Below are positions 1 to 10,591 of a stretch of 64,000 nt of DNA, piece after piece. The stretch covers positions 2,482,001 to 2,546,000 of the forward strand of contig CM075999.1 of assembly GCA_038087875.1 (NCBI GenBank), read 5' to 3'. The notes under the pieces were generated by a model, which saw only the letters and a list, made by a program, of their open reading frames with translations, had not been told where the DNA came from and did not search any database. Origin of the DNA: Malacoraja senta (Eukaryota). Position 1 is the stretch's first letter; each line of letters begins with the position of its first letter. The position numbers and the translations under genes are program-made.

Positions 1-552
1 CTCTTTGGCTGCATGAGTCAAAGTTAATGGGCCCATTGTTCCCACCACACAGTGACTACACTTCAAACATATTTCAACGGCTATGCATCATTTGGAACTT
101 CATAGAGTCCATTAAATCAACTATTACCTCTTTGCACGGCAGCACTGCCTGTAGGATGATTGTGCAAAAACACTAAAAAATATGCACTAACATTACTTAA
201 ACGTAAGCATTTGGCCTAGAGTACTTTACCAGGGTTTTCAAGAAGCTCTAATAAATATCTCCAACTAACATATTCAGATGATATAGTTTTTTCTTATTCT
301 AACAAAGGACATTAGCCTGTTGTAATGGTCTCATTACTCTGCCAAAAGTGCTTGCAAAGGGTTTTCAACTGCATTATGTTTTCATACACTAATATCATTG
401 CTAATTTCAAAGCGAGAATGGTTTTAAGTAAGGGTTGCACTTAGTCATAGTCATGAGCTTCAAACCTTTGTTACTACGCACATATTTTCTTTGAGGCGAG
501 GCATGAATGTTGAACCAGTTTTTTTGCAGATATCTTTTACGAGAACATTAAT

Positions 553-818
553 GGGCGGCACGGTGGAGCAGCGGTAGAGTTGCTGCCTCACGGCGCCTGA
601 GACCCGGGTTCGACGCTGAAGATAGTCTCAAAAACCTGGAGTAACTCAGCGGGTCAGCCAGCGTCTCTGGAGAAGGGCAGCACGGTGGCGCAGCGGTGGA
701 GTTGCTGCCTCACAGCGCCAGAGACCCGGGTTCGATCCTGACCACGGGTGCTTGTCTGCACGGAGTTTGTACGTTCTCCCCGTGACCTGCGTGGGTTTTC
801 ACCGGGATCTCAGGTTTC
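553..818 (+). mobile_element. Two tRNA-derived V-SINE (HE1-like) 5' portions (553-619, 675-818) separated by a PLE fragment
   Basis: A box TGGCGCAGCGG, B box GGTTCGATCC, V-core GGAGTTTGTACGTTCTCCCCGTGACCTGCGTGGG. Confidence 0.85.
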
Positions 819-831
819 TGGCCGATTTATT

Positions 832-1192
832 TATTTCATATTTCAAAGTAGACTTGATTCACTCAATAAATATCAACAATACATGAACCGTGCAAAAAAA
901 ATAACTTCATCCGACATTTTCGGAGGCTATACATACATACAATACAGTTTCCCCGAATCACAATTTGACCCCACACCCTTGCCACTTATGTGGCCCAGTG
1001 GCGTTAACTCTTCACCTATTTTGAGGGGCATCTCCACCACACCCTGCCCCCCCCTCAATGTCCAGCAGCGGAAGGACCCTAGACTGTGGGGTCCCCCCCC
1101 CACCGAGCCTTGGCGTTGGCTGCACCGAGCTTCAGTGCGTCCCTCAGCACGTACTCCTGCAGTCTGGAGCGGGCCAGTCGGCAACATGCGGG
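832..1192 (-). mobile_element. Tx1/L1-clade non-LTR retrotransposon 3' end
   Basis: Minus strand encodes ACCRLARSRLQEYVLRDALKLGAANAKARWG, resembling Tx1 ORF2 C-termini; ends in AATAAATAAAT; 9-bp TSD CGATTTATT (823-831, 1193-1201). Confidence 0.7.
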
Positions 1193-1299
1193 CGATTTAT
1201 TGAACTGGTGTACGCCAGCCAGCAGGCCGGCCAAAGCTCACCTGTCCAGTGTGACTCCGGCACATTTATACACTCGCGGACGACAAGATTACTCAGACG

Positions 1300-1866
1300 A
1301 AAACGATGCACAAAAAGCTGGAGTAACTCAGCGGGACAGGCAGCATGTTGTTTAAGAAGGAACTGCAAATGCTGGAAAATCCCAGGTACACAAAAATGCT
1401 GGAGAAACTCAGCGGGGCAGCTGCATCTATGGAGCCACAAAAATGCTGGAGAAACTCAGCAGGTGCAGCAGCATCTATGGAGCTGAAGAAGGGTTTGGCC
1501 CGAAACATTGCCTATTTCCTTCGCTCCATAGATGCTGCTGCCCCGCTGAGTTTCTCCAGCATTTTTGTCTACCTGGGACAGACAGCATCTGTGGAGAACA
1601 GGAATAGGTGACGTTTCGGGTCGAGACCATTCTTCAGACTGATGTGGGGGGAGGTGGGGGCAGGAAGAAGAAAGGAAGAGGCGGAGACAGTGGGCTGTGC
1701 GAGAACTGGGAAGGGGAGGGGAAGGAGGAGAAAGCAAGGACTACCTGAAATTGGAGAAGTCAATGTTCATACCGCTGGGGTGTAAACTACCCGAGCGAAA
1801 TATGAGGTAGTGACTCCCACCAATTTGCGGTGGGACTCACTCTGGCCATGGAGGAGGCCCAGGACA
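1300..1866 (-). mobile_element. PLE 3' end with GIY-YIG C-terminus, containing a nested subfamily-B fold-back unit
   Basis: Minus strand LIFRSGSLHPSGMNIDFSNFR*; hammerhead motif ~1607-1640; nested insertion 1347-1574 with TSD GGGACAGRCAGCAT (1333-1346, 1575-1588). Confidence 0.8.
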
Positions 1867-1874
1867 ACAACTAT

Positions 1875-2155
1875 TATGTTGGCCCATTGAGTCCACACTG
1901 ACCATCGATCAACCATCGTAGTTCCATATTATTCCAGTTACACATCCTGTACATTAGGGGCAATTTCCAAAAGCCAATTAACCTACAAACCTGTACGTCC
2001 TTGGAATGTGGGAGGAAACCGGAGCACCCGGAGAAAACCCACGCGGTCACGGGAGAACGTACAAACTCCGTACAGACAGCACCCGTGGTCAGGATTGAAC
2101 CTGGGTCTCTGGCGCTGCAAGGCACCAAATTCTACCGCTGAGCCACTGTGGCGCA
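1875..2155 (-). mobile_element. V-SINE
   Basis: Reverse-complement A/B boxes and V-core. Confidence 0.85.
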
Positions 2156-2199
2156 CCTTATCAAGAGAATGTGAAGATGTGAGTGTCTTATGCTCTAGA

Positions 2200-2486
2200 C
2201 TTTAGTCTTTAACCCTTAGAGATATAGCGAGGACCACCGAGTCTGCGTCAACCAGTGATCACCCGTACACTAGCCCTATCCTGCACACACTAGTGACAAT
2301 TTACAATTTTACCAAAGCCAATAAAACTACAAACCCGTAAGTCTTTGGAATGTGGGAGGAAACCGGAGCACCCGGAGGAAACCCACGCGGTCACGGGGAG
2401 AAGTTACAATCTCCGTACAGGCAGCACCTGTGGGCAGGATCGAACCTAGGTCTCTGGGTGCTGTGAGGCAGCAACTCTACCGCTGT
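2200..2486 (-). mobile_element. V-SINE
   Basis: V-core, B box, LINE-like tail. Confidence 0.85.
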
Positions 2487-2879
2487 GTCTCGACCCGAAA
2501 CGTCGCCCATTCCTTCTCTCCGGAGATGTTGCCTGTCCCGCTGAGTTACTCCAGCATTTTGTCTCTACCCTCGAATAGATTTGCAGTGTTATTTTCCTCT
2601 CAACAAAGGCTGCTTGTGAAAATTAATGAGGAAAGATGCCAAATACCTTGTTATTTAGAGAAATGCCGGCTTGCCACAGACGTACAAGATGCCTCAGGAT
2701 AAATTAATAGTTCTGTCAAAATTATCAGCATTCAGTGAAAAATATCACAGTTTCAGCAACCAGTCAACCTTTGTAAATGACTTTTTTTCTGGCACAAGTG
2801 ATCTACTGCGAGCTACCGCTCTCCCTCTCTGGTCCTCAGCTGGAGGAGAGGACGGCTGCCTTAAAGCGCCAGAGACACA

Positions 2880-3195
2880 GTTTAGTTTAGTTTTAGAGAT
2901 ACAGCCCGGAAACAGGCCCTTCGGCCCACTGAGTCCGTCCCGACCAGCGATCCCCGCACACTACCACTATCCTACACACACGAGGGACAATTTTACATTC
3001 ATACCAAGTCAATTGACCTGCAAACCTGCACGTCTTTGGAGTGTGGGAGGAAACGGAAGATCCCGGAGAAAACCCACGCGGTCACGGGGAGAACGTGCAA
3101 ACTCCGCACAGACAGCACCCGTAGTCAGGATCGAACCCGGGTCTCCGTCACTATAAGCGCTGTAAGGGAGCAACTCTACCGCTGCGCCACTGTGT
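2880..3195 (-). mobile_element. V-SINE, near full length
   Basis: (TAAAC)n tail, GGGCCGAAGGGCCTG stem-loop, V-core, A/B boxes. Confidence 0.9.
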
Positions 3196-3198
3196 CGC

Positions 3199-3408
3199 CC
3201 AGGTTTGATCATAACTACGGGCGCTCTCTGTCCGGAGTTTGCACGCTCTCCCTGTGGCCGCGTGGGTTTTCTCCGGGTGCTCTGGCTTCCTTCCACACTC
3301 CAAAGACGTACAGGTTTGTAGGTTAATTGGCTTCTGTAGGTGATGGCTGGTTGGCGTGGACTCGGTGGGCAGAAGGGTTTGATTCCACGCTGTATCTCTA
3401 AACTAAAA
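3199..3408 (+). mobile_element. V-SINE, partial
   Basis: V-core and CTGTATCTCTAAACTAAA tail. Confidence 0.8.
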
Positions 3409-3439
3409 ATAAACTCGGTGTGACATTCGTAATATCGGG

Positions 3440-3917
3440 AGCAGATTTGGGCCCCATATTTGAGGAGGGATGTGCTGGCATTGGAGAGGGTCCAAAAAGG
3501 TTTACATGAATGATCCCAGCGATGAGTGGGTTAACATATGAAGAGCATTTGACGGCACTGGGCCTGTACTCGCTGGAGTTTAGAAGGATTGGGGGGGGGG
3601 GGGGGGGTGGGGGGACCTCATTGAAACTTACCAAACAGTGAAAGGCCTGGATAGAGTGGATGTGGAGGAGGATGTTTCCACGTGGGAGAGTCTAGAATCA
3701 GAGGTCACAGCCTCAGAATAAAAGGACTTAAGAGGGTGGTGAATCTGTGGAATTCTTTGCCACAGACGGCTGTGGAGGCCAAGTCAATGGATATTTTTAA
3801 GGCAGAGATAGATAGACTCTTGATTAGTATGGGTGTCAGGGGTTATGGGGAGAAGGCAGGAGAATGGGGTTGTGTGGGAATGATCGATCAGCCATGACTG
3901 AATGGTGGAGCAGACTT
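3440..3917 (+). mobile_element. CR1-type LINE 3' fragment; its tail resumes at 6088-6143 after a nested insertion
   Basis: GESRIRGHSLRIKG...[10 protein letters not shown]...GYGEKAG; GACTT repeated at 3913-3917 and 6088-6092. Confidence 0.85.
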
Positions 3918-5557
3918 ATAAACAATAGACAATAGACATTAGGTGCAGGAGTAGGCCATTTGGCCATTCGAGCCAGCACCGTCATTCAATGTGATCATGG
4001 CTGATCATCCCCAATCAGTACCCCGTTCCTGCCTTCTCCCCATATCCCCTGACTCCGCTATCTTTAAGAGCCCTATCTACCTCTCTTGAAAGTATCCAGA
4101 GAACCTGCCTCCACCGCCCTCTGAGGCAGAGAATTCCACATACTCACAACTCTCTGTTTCCTCGTCTCCGTTCTAAATGGCTTACCCCTTAAACTGTGGC
4201 CCCTGGTTCTGGACTCCCCCAACATCGGGAACATGTTTCCTTCCTCTAGCGTGTCCAAACCCTTAACAATCTTATATGTATCAATAAGATCCCCTCTCAT
4301 CCTAAACTCCAGAGTGTACAAGCCCAGCCGCTCCATTCTCTCAGCATATGACAGTCCCGCCATCCCGGGAATTAACCTTGTAAACCTACGCTGCACTCCC
4401 TCAATAGCAAGAATGTCCTTCCTCAAATTAGGGGACCAAAACTGCACACAATACTCCAGGTGTGGTCTCACTTGGACCCTGTACAACTGCAGGACCTCTT
4501 TGATCCTCTTGTTATAAAGGCCAACATGCCATTGGCTTTCTTCACTACCTGCTGTACCTGCATGCTTACTTTCATAGACTGATGAACAAGGACCCCCCAG
4601 ATCCCGTTGTACTTCCCCTTTTCCCAACTTGACGCCATTTAGATAGTAATCTGCCTTCCTGTTTTTGATACCAAAATGGATAACCTCACATTTATCCACA
4701 TTAAACTTCATCTGCCATGCATCTGCCCACTCCCCAACCTGTCCAAGTCACCCTACATTCTTATAGCATCCTCCTCACAGTTCACACTGACACCCAGCTT
4801 TGTGTCGTCTGCAAATTTGCTAATGTTACTTTGAATCCCTTCATGCAAATCATTGATGTATATTGTAAATAGCTGCGGTCCCAGCACCGAGCCTTGCGTT
4901 GCCCCACTAGTCACTGCCTGCCATTCTGAAAGGGACCCGTTAATCCCTACTCTTTGTTTCCTGTCTGCCAACCAATTTTCTATCCATGTCAGCACTCAAT
5001 ATTAGGCCCCAATACCATGTGCCCTAATTTTGCCCACTAATCTCCTATGTGTGATCTTATCAAATGGTTTCTGAAAGTCCAGGTATACTACATCCACTGG
5101 CTCTCCCTTTCGTAAATCCATGCTGACGGACCGATCCTGTTACTGCTATCCAAATGTGCGGCTATTTCATCTTTTATAATTGACTCCAGCATCTTCCCCA
5201 CCACCGATGTCAGGCTAACTGGTCTATAATTCCCTGTTTTCTCTCTCCCGCCTTTCTTAAAAAGTGGGATAACATTAGCTACCCTCCAATTCACAGGAAC
5301 TGATCCTGAGTCTATAGAACATTGGAAAATTATCACCAATGCATCCACGATTTCTAGAGCCACTTCCTTAAGTACCCTGGGATGCAGACCATCAGGCCCT
5401 GGGGATTTATCAGCCTTCAGTCCCATCAGTCTACCCAACACCATATCCTGCCTAATGTGGATTTCCTTCAGTTCCTCCGTCACCCCAGATCCTCTGGCCA
5501 CTACTATATCGGGAAGATTGTTTGTGTCCTCCTTAGTGAAGACGGATCCAAAGTACC

Positions 5558-5911
5558 AAAGGCCGTATCCGACCTCTCTGTCCTGGGTCTCCTCCATGGC
5601 CAGAGCGAGCAACACCGGAAATTGGAGGAACAGCACCTCATATTCCGCTTGGGGAGTCTGCATCCTGGGGGCATGAACATTGAATTCTCCCTATTTTGTT
5701 AGCCCATGCTGGCTCCTCCCCTTCCTCAGCCCTCGGGCTGTCTCCTCCCATCCCTCAGCCCACGGGCTCCTCCTCCGCCTTTTTCCTTTCTTCTCCCCAC
5801 CCCCCACCCCCCATCAGTCTGAAGAAGGGTTTCGGCCCGAAACGTTGCCTATTTCCTTCGCTCCATAGATGCTGCTGCACCCGCTGAGTTTCTCCAGCAT
5901 TTTTGTCTACC
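5558..5911 (+). mobile_element. PLE subfamily B 3' end (GIY-YIG C-terminus, 3' UTR, hammerhead) inserted in CR1
   Basis: SDLSVLGLLHGQSEQHRKLEEQHLIFRLGSLHPGGMNIEFS; exact 11-bp TSD TCCAAAGTACC (5547-5557, 5912-5922). Confidence 0.9.
5817..5848 (+). ncRNA. Minimal type-I hammerhead ribozyme motif, PLE subfamily B
   Basis: CTGAAGA (5819-5825), extra A, stem II GGGT-TTCG-GCCC, GAAAC, GTT; palindromic ACGT stem III; only 2-bp stem I. Confidence 0.75.
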
Positions 5912-6496
5912 TCCAAAGTACCTGTTCAACTCATCTGCCATTTCCTTGTTCCCCGTAATAAATTCACCTTTTTCGGTCTTCAAGGGTCCAACTTTGGTCT
6001 TTACTAATTTTTTCCTCTTCACATACCTAAAGAAGCTTTTACTATCCTCCCTTTATATTCTTGGTTAGCTTACCTTTGCAATTATCGGACTTGATGGGCC
6101 GAATGGCCTAATTCTGCTCCTATCACTTATGACCTTATGAACCTCTGACACCAATATCTTCAGCGGTCAGCACGACTAATTACGGCAGATTAAATGCTAC
6201 CATTATCCTAGGGCAGGCTGGTATAATGTGAAGAACAGCCTTACTGAGAGCCCAACAGAATCCATCACCTGGGGATGGGGTGATATCTGTGCTGCAGTTA
6301 GATTCAGTTATCAAGTTTGAACAGAAGTGCAATAGATTTTATTATTGTTATTGGTATTTATGTCACTTTGCTTTCACCGTGTATCTGTCAGAATGACAGT
6401 CATTTGCGGTTGTACTTTCCCCCCAAAATATCACATTAAATGCTTGCATTGAGAATGTGAAGAGTCATTTGTCTCTTCAGAGGCACAGTGACATCA

Positions 6497-6797
6497 GAGA
6501 TACAACATGCAAATAGGGCCTTCAGCCCACCGAGTCCGCGCCGACCAGCGATCACCCCGTACACTAGCGCTATCCTGCACACAAGGAGCAATGTGCAAAT
6601 ATTACCGAAGCCAATTAATTAACCTGCAATCCTTTCTGTCTTTGGCGTGTGGGAAGAAACTGGAGCACCCAGAGAAAACCCACGCAGGTCACGGGGAGAA
6701 CGTACAAACTCCGTACAGACAGCGCCCGTAGTCAGGATCGAAACTGGGTCCCTGGCGCTGTGAGGCTGCAACTCTACCGCTGCGCCACCGTGCTGCG
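6497..6797 (-). mobile_element. V-SINE
   Basis: A/B boxes, V-core and tail on minus strand. Confidence 0.9.
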
Positions 6798-6996
6798 ATA
6801 ATTGCTAACCACAGCACCAAAGAAACGAGACTAAACTAAACTAAATTAAACTAAACTAGACTAAACGAAACTAAACCTTATCCAGCTGAGAACTGTAGTC
6901 TTTGCTTCACACTAGCTTCAAGCCCAACCTGACCCTTGCACTGATGGCCACCTTTCCCGAGCGGGAGTTTCTCCAGGTCTCTTTCATGGAGTTACA

Positions 6997-7528
6997 TAGA
7001 TACATAGATACATAGAAAATAGGTGCAGGAGTAGGCCATTCGGCCCTTCGAGCCTGCACCGCCATTCAATATGATCATGGCTGATCATCCAACTCAGTAT
7101 CCCGTACCTGCCTTCTCTCCATACCCCCTGATCCCCTTAGCCACAGGGGCCACATCTAACTCCCTCTTAAATATAGCCAATGAACTGGCCTCAACTACCC
7201 TCTGTGGCAGAGAGTTCCAGAGATTCACCACTCTCTGTGTGAAAAAGTTTTTTCTCATCTCGGTCTTAAAGGATTTCCTCCTTATCCTTAAGCTGTGACC
7301 CCTTGTCCTGGACTTCCCCAACATCGGGAACAATCTTCCTGCATCTAGCCTGCCCAACCCCATAAGAATTTTGTACGTTTCTATAAGATCCCCTCTCAAT
7401 CTCCTAAATTCTAGCGAGTATAAGCCAAGTCTATCCAGTCTTTCTTCATATGAAAGTCCTGACATCCCAGGAATCAGTCTGGTGAACCTTCTCTGCACTC
7501 CCTCTATGGCAATAATGTCCTTCCTCAG
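6997..7528 (-). mobile_element. CR1 LINE 3' fragment, young-looking subfamily
   Basis: Intact ORF end DIIAIEGVQRRFTRLIPGMSGLSYEERL...[10 protein letters not shown]; near-identical to 23397-23903 and 29864-30403. Confidence 0.95.
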
Positions 7529-7766
7529 GTTGGGCTTGAAGCTAGTGTGAAGCAAAGACTACTGTCCTTACACAAAGGATAGATCTACATTTTGTTTCTT
7601 TCAGTGGCGTGTAAGAAATACTCTTGCTGTTCCTGGGATTTTGCTGGGTACAATGCGGCAATAACCACATCATCTTCTTTGATGGATTCAGTGAGCATCA
7701 AGCGATCAATGCCTCCAGGAGACAAGGAGAAGAGAGAATAGTTTAGTTTAGATTAGTTTAGTCTCT

Positions 7767-8166
7767 GGGGGATCTTATAGAAACGTACAAAATTCTTAAG
7801 GGGTTGGACAGGCTAGATGCAGGAAGATTGTTCCCGATGTTGGGGAAGTCCAGAACAAGGGGTCACAGTTTAAGGATAAGGGGGAAATCTTTTAGGACCG
7901 AGATGAGAAAAACATTTTTCACACAGAGAGTGGTGAATCTGTGGAATTCTCTGCCACGGAAGGTAGTTGAGGCCAGTTCATTGGCTATATTTAAGAGGGA
8001 GTTAGATGTGGCCCTTGTGGCTAAAGGGATCAGGGGGTATGGAGAGAAGGCAGGTACAGGATACTGAGTTGGATGATCAGCCATGATCATATTGAATGGC
8101 GGTGCAGGCTCGAAGGGCCGAATGGCCTACTCCTGCACCTATTGTCTATGTTTCTATGTTTCTATG
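7767..8166 (+). mobile_element. CR1 LINE 3' fragment inserted in the (TTTAG)n tail of a SINE
   Basis: GDLIETYKIL...[10 protein letters not shown]; (TATGTTTC)n tail. Confidence 0.9.
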
Positions 8167-8500
8167 TTTAGTTTAGTCTAGTTTAGTCTAGTTTAGTTTA
8201 GTTTAGTTTATTTTTAAGGTACATCACGGAAACAGGCCCTTCGGCCCACCGAGTCCACGCCGACCAGCGATCCCCGTTCACTAACGCTATCCTACACACA
8301 CCAGGGCCAATTTGCAAATTTACCAAGCTAATTCACCTACAGAATTGTACGTCTTTGGAGTGTGGGAGGAAACCGGAGCACCCGGAGAAAACCCACACAG
8401 GTCACGGAGAGAACAGGCAAACTCCATACAGACAGCATCCATAGTCAGGATCAAATCCGGGTGTCTGGCGCTGTCAGGCAGCAACTCTACCATGCCACCC
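8167..8500 (-). mobile_element. V-SINE
   Basis: V-core, tail, degenerate head. Confidence 0.85.
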
Positions 8501-9458
8501 AGTATAATGTTTGAAGCGTTTCTTACGATGTTCAGAGGCGTGTGAGAAATACTCTGCAGTTCCTGGGAACTTGCTGCGTACAATGTACCAACAACCATAT
8601 CATCTTCTGTGATGGAGACAGTGGACAACAAAAGGTCAATGACTTCAGGAGATAATGTGGAGACAAAAGGTAATGGGATCACGGAGGGGTAGAGAGAAGA
8701 TGTTGATGCAAATAATTTGCCTTAAGTTAAGTTAAAGTTAGAAGATAAGAATTGATTTCCTGATCATGACAAATCGTTGAAGACTTAATGTTTGAAAGTT
8801 GCTTTAGATTCCAGCCATTAGCTCGAATGTAAAGGCGGGTTCAGACATATCCTTGCCAAACAAGGATCCCCGGGTGCTCAAAGAAACAAATCCATACTTG
8901 ATTCAATCCTTTGAAGGAGAAAGTATTTTAACTGTTTGCTTGATGTGATTAGAATCCATCAGTGTTGATTTGAGGAGACACTGATGAGATTTGAAAGAGT
9001 TAAAGGTCGTCAGCTGAGATTAAATCCATTTCCAGATACTTGTTAATTTAGGCTGAAGGGAATGCCTTAATATGTGCCTTAATTTGGAAGTTGGGCCTTG
9101 TGGGAATATGTGGATTGGAAGCGAAACGAGATTGCCGGTGTGAGACAGAGATTGATAACGAGAAGATAATTGGAAAAGAGCCCGACATCGCCAAGACTGA
9201 TTCACATTCATAGCTGAAACATTTTTATTTGAGCACCAACTCAAAAAGAAGCTCAAAATAACCGGAGGAAATGTGAAATTCTGTTGTGCCAAAATATTTG
9301 CATTTGTTAATGGATTTTGGATCTCACTTCTACAATTTTTACATAGCTTATGCTATCCAAGAAGTACTGCGATGTGACAATCATATTTCCCGCCCTTAGA
9401 TATTCATGTTCAGTTAAAGTGCTAATGGCTACAGCTTTACCTTTGAAATTTGTGAGTT

Positions 9459-9640
9459 CAGTTTAGTTTATTGTCACGTGTACCGAGGTACAGTGAAAAG
9501 CTTTTGTTGCGTGCTAACCAGACAATGGCAAGACAATGCATGATTACAATCGAGCCATCCACACTGTACAGATACATAATCAGGGAATAACATTCAATGC
9601 AGGATAAATCCAGTAAAGTCCAATTGAATATAGCCTGAGG
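9459..9640 (-). mobile_element. Rex1/Babar-like LINE 3' UTR
   Basis: Same 3' UTR (CACTGTACCTCGGTACACGTGACAATAAAC) follows the Rex-like ORF at 40120-40685; other copies at 32255-32440, 55595-55850, 13115-13275. Confidence 0.7.
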
Positions 9641-9805
9641 GTAGACACAAAATGCTGGAGTAACTCAGCGGGACAGGCAGCATCTCTGGAGAGAAGGAAT
9701 GGGTGACGTTTTGGGTCGAGACCCTTCTTCAGACTCTGTCTGTGGCGTTGCATCAACAACAATCCAGAGGCCCAAGTTCGAATCAGAGGAAGGTGATTGT
9801 GGAAT

Positions 9806-10205
9806 TTTAGTTCAGTTTAGTTTGGAGATACAGCATGGAAACAGGCCCTTCGGCCCACCGAGTCCATGCCGACCAGCGATCGCCCCATACTCTAGATCAA
9901 GAAGAGGAGTCCCTACCCGAAACGTCACTTATTCCTTTTCTCCAGAGATGCCGTCTGAACCGCCGAGTTACTCCAGCTTTTGGCGTCTATCCACTAGATC
10001 TATCCCACGCACGAGGCACAATTTACAGAAGCCATTTAATCTGCAAACCTGCACGTCTTTGGAATGTGGGATGAAACCGGAGCACCCAGAGAAAACCCAC
10101 ACGTTCCCAAGGAGGATGTACAAACTCCGCACAGACAGCGCCCGTAGTCAGGATCGGGTCTCTGGTGCCGTGAGGCAGCAACTCTACTGCAGCGCCACCG
10201 TGACA
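9806..10205 (-). mobile_element. V-SINE with nested PLE fragment (~9894-9992)
   Basis: SINE motifs; CTAGATC on both sides of the PLE piece. Confidence 0.8.
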
Positions 10206-10591
10206 CCTTTTCCCAAAAATAGGACAACCGACATTTTCCGCGGCTGAAGCAACCTGGAGATTTTCACCTGGTGGAATCAGTGCGCTGATCATTTCCCTCA
10301 TTAATAGACACACCAATTTTTAATGAGCACTGCAAGGCTCATTAATGGAGCGATAAAGGATTCAATGCTGCGCATTAACCTTTTTAATTAGAACGGATTA
10401 ATTTCCAAACTAGCATGGAACGGGCGGAATGTGTGGAACGGAACTGCAGATGCTGGTTTATACCCGAAGACAGACGCACAAAGTGCTGAAGCAACTCAGC
10501 GGGTCAGGCAGCTTCTCTGGAGAAAAAGGTACTGGGTGACGTTTCGGGTCGGGACCCATCTTCAAGTTGAGCTGTCTAAAGAAAAGTCCCA

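Larger units (their letters stand above)
3918..6077 (-). mobile_element. CR1-type LINE ORF2 (reverse transcriptase) fragment, frameshifted and 5'-truncated
   Basis: KSPGPDGLHPRVLKE, NYRPVSLTSVVGK, QGSVLGPQLFTIYIND, FADDTK, MKFNVDKCEVIHFG, RPHLEYCVQFWSP; (TATTGTC)n tail. Confidence 0.95.

Noticed and set aside
675..745. tRNA genes
   Set aside because: A/B boxes run directly into the V-SINE core; these are SINE heads
4073..5663. Functional reverse transcriptase gene
   Set aside because: Frameshifted, internally deleted, 5'-truncated and interrupted by a PLE; a CR1 relic
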